Source: Craspedostauros australis (taxonomy: Eukaryota). From it: a stretch of DNA of 64,000 nt. The notes beneath the pieces are model-generated. The model searched no databases. It worked only from the letters and a program-made list of their open reading frames with translations, and was not told the DNA's origin. Position numbers and translations under genes: made by a program. The stretch spans positions 1 through 64,000 of the forward strand of contig JALAGF010002605.1 of NCBI GenBank assembly GCA_030167865.1. Reading direction: 5' to 3'. Positions within the stretch are counted from its first letter, which is position 1. Each line of letters starts with the position of its first letter. Shown here in pieces: positions 54,201 to 64,000 of this stretch.

Positions 54201-57200
54201 ATGCCGTCTGGAAATGGAGCCAATGGAGCCAATGGAGCCGATGAACCCTGGGATGTGAAATCGTCATCATCGGCAGCGTCCACGCAGACGGCATCCTCTT
54301 CGGCTGCCTCCAGCCGCTCGTCGGCCTACAGCATCAGGACCAAGATGCGGGCGCGTCATCAGCAGCAACTGCAACGACAGCAACAACAGCAACAACAACA
54401 GCAGCAACAGCAGGCTCCACCACCTCCTCCGACTGTGCATGCCAGACATGCCGCAAACCCAGCCCAACATCGGCCCAATCCCACTGCAAGACAATCTCCC
54501 AGAACAGCCAACAGGCAGATGCCAAATCAGGCTCCGAATCAAGTTCCAAATCAACCTGCAAGGCAGCCTCCGAGACAGCCTCCCAACCAGCAGGTCCAAC
54601 AGCAGCAACAGCAATCAATTTCGCAACAAAACCTTAGGCAGCAACAAGTCCAACAACAGCACCAGCACCAGTTACCACCGCAATCACAGCCACAAGGGCA
54701 GATGCAAGCCCAACGGCAAGCACAAGTACAACAGCAACAGCAGCAGCAGCAGTCCTTGTATCGACAGCCGAAACAGCGCAATCGATTGGAGAATCATTCC
54801 AATATGATGCACCAACCTCATGGCGTCGCAGCGATCGGCCCCTCCCCCTCCACAGTGTCAGCAGGGACCTCGATGTCGCAACCGTATCACGCAATATCTT
54901 CAGAGTCACCATTGCCACCTCTCGTCCAAAGAGGGCTGGGAGATAGATCCAATGAGAAGCGAAAGAATGCGTCATTGGAGATCGAGGTGCTCATCAAGAA
55001 CTTGCAACAGGAAGAGGCGGATGAGAAGACGGTGGAGGACATGGTGTATCGTGTCATCGCCGTGCTTTCGAAGGATTTTTGCACCAGCATGAATTCCAAC
55101 AATCGCAAGGGTGGCTTGCTGGGTCTCGCCGCCACCGCCATCGGCCTTATGCACTCCTCTTCCAAATACCTTCATGTCCTGCTGCCGCCTGTCTTGCACT
55201 GTTTTGACGATCCGGAATGCAGAGTTCGTTACTACGCCTGCGAAAGTTTGTACAACATTGCCAAGGCAGCTAGGCAGTTCATCCTCACGGACTTCAACCA
55301 GATATTTGAAGGCCTCACCAAGCTCTATGCGGATGTCAACGTCGATGTCAAGAACGGCGCCAACCAGCTGGACAGCCAGCTCAAGGATATCGTCACCGAG
55401 TCAGATTCTTTCCAGGTCGAGGAATTCCTTCCATTGTTGCAGAAATACATCGGGCGAACGAATCCCTTCATCCGCCAGCTCATCGTGGGTTGGATCACAT
55501 TGCTTGACTCTGTGCCGGACATATCCATGCTGGATTACCTACCCGACTTCCTCGATGGATTGTTCAATATGCTCAGCGATTCCAGCCGGCAGATCCAGCA
55601 GGCGGCAGACGCAGCGCTTTCGGATTTTCTGCGCGAGGTCAGCCTCAGCACCGTCATCAAATTCGGTCCTATCGTGCCCATCCTGGTCCACCAGTGCGAA
55701 TCCAAGGAACGGCCCAAACGGCTCACCGCGATCACATGGCTGGCAGAATTGATCCACCATCCCTACTCCGGCGGAGACTCTCTGCTTCCCTTCCACTCGC
55801 AGATCCTCGTCGCCATCCTCTGGTGCATATCGGACAAGGAGAGAGACATCCGAATCGTGGCCGAAGGAACCAATGCCAAATTCTTGAACATGGTCAAGAA
55901 TACGAAGGCGGCATTCGAGTTGCAGCCCCTGCTGGAAACTCTCATCGGCGAGCTGATGGACCAAGCGGACGATCAGACCAAGATATCGGCGCTCGGCTGG
56001 ATCAACATGCTCATGGAAAAGCGAAAGGCAGACATGAATCAACACATCGAAGAGCTCCTGCCCGTCTTGCTTCGTACTCTCTCCGATGAAAGCGATGAAG
56101 TCGTCCTGTCCAACCTGCAGGTCCTCTCCAGAATATCGCTCGCGCAGAGAGATGATTCCAATGGCGCTGAGGACACCGAAGAGGCGCAGTCCCAGCTCGT
56201 GCTCAATGCCATCCTCGATCTATTCGCGCAGGACAGGACGTTGCTGGAAACCAGGGGCTCCCTCATCATCCGCAAGCTCTGCGTCTTGCTCAACGCGCAA
56301 AGCGTGTACATACGGCTTGCTGATGCTCTCATCAAGTACGAAGCTAACAACGGACAACCCGCCAACGCCTCGACCTTGGAATTCGTCAGCACCATGGTCC
56401 AGACCTTGAACCTCATCCTCCTCACGGCATCCGAACTCAGCGACCTCCGATCCATCCTCAGCAAGAGCTTCGTTCGAATCGACGATTTCCGTTCCAAATG
56501 GACCCATTCCTCCATCCACGCCGCCGTTGACAATCCCAAAGTGTTCGCCACGCTATTCCGGTGCTGGTGCCACAACCCTGTCGCGACATTCTCCCTCTGC
56601 CTCCTCGCGCAGGCCTACGACTTGTCCTTCGCCTTGGTCAAGCGGTTTTCCGAAATGGAAGAAATCTCCGTTGGGTTCTTGATGCAAATTGACAAGCTCG
56701 TGCACTTGCTGGAGAGCCCCATCTTTGTGCATCTGCGACTGCAGCTCCTCGACGTCGAATCCAAGAACCATGCCCCGTTGCTCAAAAGCATTTACGGCAT
56801 CCTCCTCTGCTTACCGCAAGGCGAAGCGTTTCAGTTGCTCAACAACCGCTTGACGACGGTGTGCAATCTGCGAGAGAGCTTGGGTTTGAGTCCCATGTTC
56901 TCTGCAACGGAGGAGAAAAACAACTTCAAAGGACGTCGCAGACTTCTGGGCATCGACAAGCTGCTGTCGCGCTTCGATGAAGTCGTTACGATGCACAAAG
57001 CCTCCCGCGAGATGTCGAGGTATATACCAAAGACAGAGGGCGGCATTCATTTCAGTCCGAGCGGGACGAGCATGTCCGCGGATGCATCGATGGAGTCTAG
57101 CGAACAGCACAAGATGTCGAACGGGGCCAATGTTCGAATCCATGCATTGAGGGGTGGGGATATGTACGGCAACCCCCAAGGCATGCACAAGATCGGATAA
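54201..57200 (+). CDS. VAC14: VAC14, scaffold of the PI(3,5)P2 (Fab1/Fig4) complex, with a Q-rich N-terminal extension; single exon
   Basis: EKRKNASLEIE; RKGGLLGLAA; RVRYYACESLYNIAK; LETRGSLIIRKLC; WCHNPVA; QIDKLVHLLESPIF.LRLQLL. Confidence 0.95.
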   Translation: MPSGNGANGANGADEPWDVKSSSSAASTQTASSSAASSRSSAYSIRTKMRARHQQQLQRQQQQQQQQQQQQAPPPPPTVHARHAANPAQHRPNPTARQSPRTANRQMPNQAPNQVPNQPARQPPRQPPNQQVQQQQQQSISQQNLRQQQVQQQHQHQLPPQSQPQGQMQAQRQAQVQQQQQQQQSLYRQPKQRNRLENHSNMMHQPHGVAAIGPSPSTVSAGTSMSQPYHAISSESPLPPLVQRGLGDRSNEKRKNASLEIEVLIKNLQQEEADEKTVEDMVYRVIAVLSKDFCTSMNSNNRKGGLLGLAATAIGLMHSSSKYLHVLLPPVLHCFDDPECRVRYYACESLYNIAKAARQFILTDFNQIFEGLTKLYADVNVDVKNGANQLDSQLKDIVTESDSFQVEEFLPLLQKYIGRTNPFIRQLIVGWITLLDSVPDISMLDYLPDFLDGLFNMLSDSSRQIQQAADAALSDFLREVSLSTVIKFGPIVPILVHQCESKERPKRLTAITWLAELIHHPYSGGDSLLPFHSQILVAILWCISDKERDIRIVAEGTNAKFLNMVKNTKAAFELQPLLETLIGELMDQADDQTKISALGWINMLMEKRKADMNQHIEELLPVLLRTLSDESDEVVLSNLQVLSRISLAQRDDSNGAEDTEEAQSQLVLNAILDLFAQDRTLLETRGSLIIRKLCVLLNAQSVYIRLADALIKYEANNGQPANASTLEFVSTMVQTLNLILLTASELSDLRSILSKSFVRIDDFRSKWTHSSIHAAVDNPKVFATLFRCWCHNPVATFSLCLLAQAYDLSFALVKRFSEMEEISVGFLMQIDKLVHLLESPIFVHLRLQLLDVESKNHAPLLKSIYGILLCLPQGEAFQLLNNRLTTVCNLRESLGLSPMFSATEEKNNFKGRRRLLGIDKLLSRFDEVVTMHKASREMSRYIPKTEGGIHFSPSGTSMSADASMESSEQHKMSNGANVRIHALRGGDMYGNPQGMHKIG

Positions 57201-57598
57201 GGATGCACGATAGCTCATAGAGATAGCATTGAAGCGACAACTATTCTCGTGTGCGCAAGCAGCCTTCCTGTTGTTGCTGCTCCAGTTCGTGGCAGCACTC
57301 AGCGTAACCGTTGCCCAGAACAGTCCCTCGACTTTTCTTCAATTGGGACACATCTCTATGTTCTCACACGACTGCATAGCAGCCGCACTGAGCAACAATC
57401 CAGACATACAGTCGCAATACATACCGTGCTCTATTGGACTTCACAGCGAAATGCATTGTCGTACTACTAATCAACTTGTCCTGTATACCAGTGCTCGCCG
57501 CCGTATGTGTGTTCGCATGGTACCATCCGAGCATACACTATCCCCCAAGCCCGTGTCGTGGTGCTCTCTACTCCACAACAGAGAGTGCTCGACCAAGT

Positions 57599-60500
57599 CT
57601 AAGCCAAAGCATTCTCCTTCCCCAACCGATTACTTCGCGATTGCCGTTTGCGCGATGCATTCGTGGCAGCTCGCTTGCTGGATTTTGCATTCGAGTCGGA
57701 TTCATCCAACGCTCCTCGTGTCCGGACGCTTGATCCAACACCGATGGTGCGCGTGACCGTCGACACTCCGTCGATGAACTTGGTTCTGAAAATGACGTTG
57801 GCATTGTTGAACATTCCCTCCTTCAGCGAGACCACGATGAACTGACTGTGCGAGAAATGAGTCTTCAGCATATTCCCGATATTCTGGGTGTGGCTGAGGT
57901 CCAACGCTGCGTCGACCTCATCAAGGATGTACATCGGCGCAGGCTTGAAGAGCAGAAGGGACAGGATGAGGGACAGGGCCAGCAGTGATCGTTGGCCTCC
58001 GCTGAGCTCGCTCAAGCTCTCTTTCCAAACATCTCCGAATGCCACCTTGACCTCAAGCCCTTGCCACGCCTCCAGACCCTCCGGTGGCTCGAGCTTCGCC
58101 AGTGCGCCAGGGAGCAACGTGGAGAAGATCGATCCAAAGTCTTTGTTCACCTTCACCCACGTGCGCTGGAGTTCTGACTTCTTCTTGACGTCAAGTTCTT
58201 CGATCACGCTTTGGATCTTCTTCTTATCATTTTCGACCACCTTCCGCTTTCGCAGCAATTCCGTGTATTCGCCCTCCGCCTTCTCGATCATTCCCATCAC
58301 CTTCTTGTTGATCTTCTGGGACTGCAGAAGACGAGATGGCGTTCAAGACATAGTTGTATCAAGGTGTGTTGATATGAGATGAGATGGGATGAAACGGAAC
58401 AGAACGGCATACACATGTGAGCTTCTCCGTGAGCTGTCACGGGCAGAGGAGTGCATCTGACAAACGAGTATCCCCGCAATCTGCCAAGAAGCAGATGACC
58501 CCAATCGCCGAAACAACAACTTACCAAAGCATCTTGCTCCTCCTTCAGCTTGTTCAAGTGTCTACTCATTTGATCCGGGTTGGATGCCTCGAAGTCGTAG
58601 TCGCCACCTGCAAGTCCAAATGCGCCCTTCTCGCTTTCGATCCAGGTATGCTTGTTCATCAAGCTAGCAACTGCGCGCTCGGCGTTGGAACGGTCCCTCT
58701 GGATTCTCTGAATGGCGATGTGCAACTTCTTGGCCTCCAGCTTGGTCTCATCCACTTGTTCTTCGAGTTTGGACTTCTGGTGTTTCAATTCACCCAACTC
58801 AGCGGAGAATTTCGCAAGCCTTTCCTCCAGCTTATCCAGCGCGAGCTTGGTATCGTCGTAGTTGGCTTTCACCGTGCCGACTTCGATTTGTCTTTCAGAT
58901 TCAGTCACATTTGCTTCCTCCAGCTCCTTCTTTGCTTCGGCACAGGCATCGACGGCAGCCTGCAATTCTTGCTTCAAGTTGTCAAGCTCCAGCGACTGCG
59001 TTTGAGATCGGGACTCGGCCTGATCGTACAGATTGCAGGGGCAGGGGTAGGGGCAGGGGTAGGACGACGGTTGAATGACAACATTTGAAGAAGCAGAAGA
59101 AGAAGAAGGCACAGCAAGATGGAGATCATGTTTGTGAGGACAAACGTGATGAATGTGAGATAAGAGTAAGCATCGAAGAGAGTTGGCTCGTTTGTGCATA
59201 GCGCAGTACAGATTAGAGGTATGGTCCAGCGGATGTAAATGAATCAAGAACAGATGAATTCAAATCATCCCACCACATGCAGATACGAGCACAGTCTTAC
59301 CTCTCGCGCGAGCTTGGACTTCTCTGCAACAAGCCTTTTCGCCTTCCGCACGTCCTCCTCGATCTTGCCAAGGCGCTCCTCGCGCTTCTGAGTCAACTCG
59401 ACTTCGCGGTCCTTGAGTTCGTGGTACAGATCCCACTTTTGCGTTTTGGTTGCCAACATCTCTTCGTGTTCGGCGGTCGCCTCTTCGAGCTCCATCTTCA
59501 TAGCATCGAGCTTCTCGACAAGGACTCCGTACGTGGTCTGGGAGATCTGCTTTTGGATACTTTGGAGCTCGGCACTCGCGATTTCCAGCTGCATCTTCGT
59601 CTGCTCGAACTGTCTGGCCTTGTCCTTCAGTGTTCGCAGCTCTGCGTCCACGATGTTCCGTCTGCTGATCTTGGATTTGAGTTCCTCCGAAGCCACGGCA
59701 AGATCCGAGAGTCTGGAGAGGATAGTCCCAAGGTTGTTCTTGGAACCTCCTGAAATGGTGCCGGAGGGGTCGTACACGTCTCCCTCCAACGTCACCGTTC
59801 GTGTTCTAGTGGCATCGCAAATGCGGTTGGCAGCCTTGGCATTATCCACAACGATGGATCCTCCGAAGACGTATTCCATCGCGTTGCGGACCTCTTCATC
59901 GAAACCCACCAGCTCGATGGCAGGGAAGGCAGACGCATGCATGGATCTGGCCATGTCGGCCGCCTGCTGGCATTTCGCGAAGGTCACCCGACGGGATTGG
60001 ATCTTGTCAAGGGGAATGATGGTCACACGGCGCTGGAGGTTGCCACGGCTCAGCAGAGCCTTGCCCGTGATGGCCTCGTCCACCACGACCTGATACAGCT
60101 TGCCACCCGCCACGACTTCTAACGCTGTTGCATGCTTGGAGGCCTTGACGTGGATGAGCTTGGCAATGAGACCCTTCACCTTGCTCCTGTCGAAACCCCG
60201 AACTGGGTCTGCGTATCGGAACGCGAGACGACTCTCAAGCTGTGCCTGCAATGTCTCCGTTCTATCCGATAGTTCTGAGATTGTGGCATTCAAAGAGTCC
60301 TGCTCGGTCTGCAGGCATTGAAAAGCCTGTTCGTCAAACGACATGCTCGAAATGGCACTTTCCAGCGTGCAAACCTTTTGCTGCGCGGCCTCGAGTTTGC
60401 TTTCAAGCTTTTGCGCTGATTTGTGCTCCTTCGCTGCCTCCTTCTCCACAGTCTGACAAGTCGCATATCACGATCACGGTTGGAGTACGCAAAACGACGT

Positions 60501-62256
60501 ATCGGACGTTTCGACATTGATGAGATGATGACGAAAGAGGGTGAGCAAAGACAAAATCGTATCATCAAAGCAGGTCGGGCTGGAATGTAAGGAAATCAGC
60601 CGTGCAACGACACAGTCACACAGCGGAACAAAGAGAGAATTGGTCATGCCCAGGCGTACCTGAATCTGCTTCTTCAGGTGCTTCATCTGCATCGAAGCCT
60701 GCGTGGCCTTCGATTCTGCAGATTTTGAATCGATGTGGGCCTGCGTGATCTGATCAGGCAACGTCATGCCTTCGTCGCCCTGAGATGAGGAAAGTCCGGC
60801 GGACATGCTCTGAAAATCGGAAGTCAACCGGACGAGTTCCTTGTCCGCGTGTGCGGCTCCGGCTCTGGCTTCGTCGATCATGGCGGATTCGTTGTCAATC
60901 TCCTTCTGCTTTTCTTCGCATGCAGCCTTGGCTTCCTCCGTTGCCTTCTCCGCTGCGGAGAGCTCGTCTTCCACCTTCTGAACCTTCTGCTTGCTGAGTT
61001 CCCACATCGATGTCGCCTTCACCAATTTCTTCGACTGCTTGTCTTCCTCCTTTCGCATGACAGCAAGTTCGGCGCTCGATTCCTCCTTTAGTTGGCTGGA
61101 TAGTTTGTGGATTTGATCACCCTTTTGCTTCACCTTCTCGTTGTAGTCCTCGATGGTGGCTTCGTGTTCGGCAACCTTGCCTTCTATCTCCGAAACATCT
61201 TCCAAATTCGTTTCAAGCGCTCTGGTGGCCTTCACGAAATCGCTTGCTACCACGAATCGCTCGATCCGTTCCATATCCGCGTTGTTCTTGGACCACTTGA
61301 GGTAATTCTGCTTCTCTCCCCGCAGTCGTTCCAAGGTGGGAGTGATTTCTTCGCTAAGGACGCCATTCAGCTCATCGAGCTTGGCCTGCTTCTTGTCGAT
61401 GGTTCGGATTGCAATGGATCGCTTGGTCTCGTACATTCTGGTCCCTGCGGCTTCCTCCACCATCCCAAGGATCTCATGCGGCTTCATGTTGAGCACCTTG
61501 GTGATGCGTCCTTGCATGATAAGGAAGTGGGGGTTGTTGACATTGAGCTGGACGGAATGGAAGAGGTTCTGCACTTGGCTAGCGGGCGAGTTGCGACCGT
61601 TGATCAAGTACTTGCTCTTTCCACCCAGCAGTACCTGTCGGGTGACTGTGACCTCCTTGTGCTGCTCGTATCCCACGGGGCTGTTGGATTCATCTTGGTT
61701 GTTGAAGACGACCGTCACGCTCGCCTTGTTCACACCGGCCTGGCCCTGCTTGTAAACGAGCTCCGATAGATTCCCTGCCCGTACCTGGCTCAAGTTTGTG
61801 ATGCCAAGGACGAAGCAGATAGAGTCCAAGATGTTGGACTTGCCTGACCCATTCAAGCCGGTGATGGCATTGAAATGCGGATCGAACCTGAATTTGATGA
61901 AGGCGGAGAATGTAGAGTGGGTCGACGTTGTGGTTTTTGGATCGATTGGTGGACGAATGCGGTTGCGAAGTATGCAGGGGTAGCGAACGATAGAAATGGG
62001 GTGAGTTGGCTTGCATATTGGTTGGTTGGTTGACCACCACCACTATCGCGATGGCGTACTCGCAGACAGCAGTATAAGTGCTGATTTCGATGGAGCGGTT
62101 CTGCTCCAAATACCCGATACAACGGACACCCGGCCATTGAGGTGTCACAAGCATCAAGCAGATCGACGAAGCGCATTGGAAATCCACTCACCCTTCCACC
62201 ACTGTACGATTTGCGTACGATTTGAAGCCGTCAATGACGATCTCGTGAATGTGCAT
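57599..62256 (-). CDS. SMC2: Condensin subunit SMC2; exons 62256-62192, 61887-60660, 60452-59301, 59019-58525, 58321-57599
   Basis: [35 protein letters not shown]; hinge [44 protein letters not shown]. Introns are GT-AG and in frame. Confidence 0.96.
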
Positions 62257-63250
62257 GGTGCCTGCGGCTTGTTGCCTGCTTATTTCCTCTCTTCGCGCTC
62301 CCCAATGGATGGATGCGGTATCGAAAGGTTGCGATCAGCGCAACCAACGATCAACGAAAGTTGTGATCAATGATGATGGAGCACCTCGCGGTTGTTGAAT
62401 GTGTCAGTGTCTTGAAGAGGTGTCGTGTGGTGCGACGTGGTGTGGTGTGGTGTTATTGCTGATGATCGTGTGCTCTGTGTTGTATGGAACTTGTTGCCAA
62501 TTGTACGAATGTGATTGTTTTGGCACGAGTGTGATTATGGATGTGAGGGTGAGGTCGAGGGCAAGAGAGTATGGTCAGGATGTGTCTTCTTCGTCTTCAT
62601 CTTGTTTCCACAACCGCATGTCCTCGCACGAGTGCTCTTGTTCGCATCGTCCAGGCGACAGTTGCGTGGGATGTTGTGGCGGGAGAGGTGGCTTTGCTTC
62701 TGTCACATTTTTGGTGCATGTTTTTGACACATGGCCGAACCTCACAATTTGAATTCCATTCACGCGCACCGGCCGACCATTCATGACTAACACACATGTG
62801 TTTCGACATTTGAAAATGATCGCAGTAGTCGCATTGATCAATTTCTCGGTTTTAATCGATGTAATCAAAGTACATCGACGGTTTGACACAAACACGACTC
62901 ATGGCAGAGAAACGGAACAACATCTCACTTTTTGGCCGTTTTTTTCGTGATGGGTGATCCCTTGTTGATTTTGGATCGAAGTGGTGCGATACGACGTTGT
63001 GTCTGCATTCCATGCGATGACGACGCGGCGGACACGCCACAATGCACATCATGGCATCTGACTCGATGCGCTGCGGCATTCTGTTGGCGGATGCGCATCT
63101 CTTCCCCAAAATTGAGCAATACTTCTTTCCATCGTCACATAAAGTCGTTCATCGCAGGAAGTCAACAAAAGACAACAAACGAGAAACCAGGCGCGAAACG
63201 AAACGAAACGAAACGAAGCCAAGCGACGCGTCCGTGTCCACTGAACGACG

Positions 63251-64000
63251 ATGAAGATTCTGTGAGTTACTATTGTTCTTGTTGTTCTTGTTGTCGTGCT
63301 GTGCATGGTGTCACCGTGATAGATGAGGCGGCCATGGAAGGAGGACGAGAGCTTCCTCAATCTGGGTGTGCTGCGATCACTGTTTCGATCCATCATCATT
63401 GCCCAATCCAATCCGTTGACCAACTGATCCATCGGCCAAGAAATCGATCGATTGCTTACACTTGCGTCTGCTGCTGTCGTCGTTGACTTTGTTGTTGCTG
63501 ATACATAATACTTCGCTCCATCCTATTTCGCTACGTACATCCCAGTCTTCTGTGTGCCGTAATGGTCGCCATGCTGGTGGAGATCCGATCGCTTTCGCCA
63601 GGCATGGCCTACCCGCACTACTTCTACCTACGACAACAGGATGGAAACATGACCCCTATCTTGGCTCTACATGGTGGGTCCGACGTGCACTTCATGGTGG
63701 ACACTGACGGATATACCATCGCCCAAGATGACAACGTAAACTCCGTGTACGCCATCACCAACCAAGCCGCCTCAGATATCGTCGAGTCGGATCTCATGGT
63801 TGGACGTGACGATCCACTTCTCAACCCAGAGCTGCTGCTTCTGCGGGAGAATGCCCCTACTTCTTATTCTGCTGGTGTTGCTGCTGTCTCCGCGGACACG
63901 GGCATTGCGAACATGACTCGCCCGATGGGCGTCAACGCCAACTCTCGTCACAATGGACGTTCCCACCCTCATCGCCGCCAGCGACAGCAGTCGCAAGTAC
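63251..64000 (+). CDS. 5' part of a secreted M6-family (immune inhibitor A-like) metallopeptidase; exon 63251-63261, then 63546 to the window end
   Basis: Spliced start MKIL|LLCAVMVAMLVE (signal peptide), then YPHYFYLRQQDG..LHGGSDVHFMVDTDGYTI..VYA..SDLMVGRDDP, resembling the M6 pro-region. The catalytic domain would lie outside the window. Confidence 0.6.

Noticed and set aside
5227-62256. Apparent functional cluster of division/cytoskeleton genes (FIGNL1, Arp3-like, TBCCD1, NudC, SPOUT1, SMC2)
   Set aside because: They are interspersed with unrelated genes in mixed orientation, and nothing suggests more than chance.

Overview
This is gene-dense eukaryotic nuclear DNA with spliceosomal introns of about 170-370 nt, microsatellite-rich UTRs and one 50-N gap. 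It is most likely from a diatom. That is inferred from three bipartite signal+Phe plastid presequences, a His-retaining chloroplast sensor kinase, a CRAL-TRIO/DUF6824 gene and an M6 peptidase. About 24 protein-coding genes can be supported. Housekeeping genes include FIGNL1, MCTS1, a PPTase, spermidine synthase, TBCCD1, NudC, DBP5, SPOUT1, a DNL zinc finger, VAC14 and SMC2. Three genes are barely visible in the ORF track and were rebuilt by hand from splice sites: a 4-exon MsrB-like gene, an mS37-like gene and an M6 peptidase 5' end. The main highlights are a divergent Arp3-like gene with degenerate ATP-binding loops in a lineage reported to lack Arp2/3; a large pseudo-Snf2 + C2H2 + 2xAP2 + FHA regulator; and a DHHC palmitoyltransferase that has lost almost all its zinc ligands. 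No RNA genes, CRISPR arrays or transposons were recognised. All family calls come from recalled motifs, not database searches.
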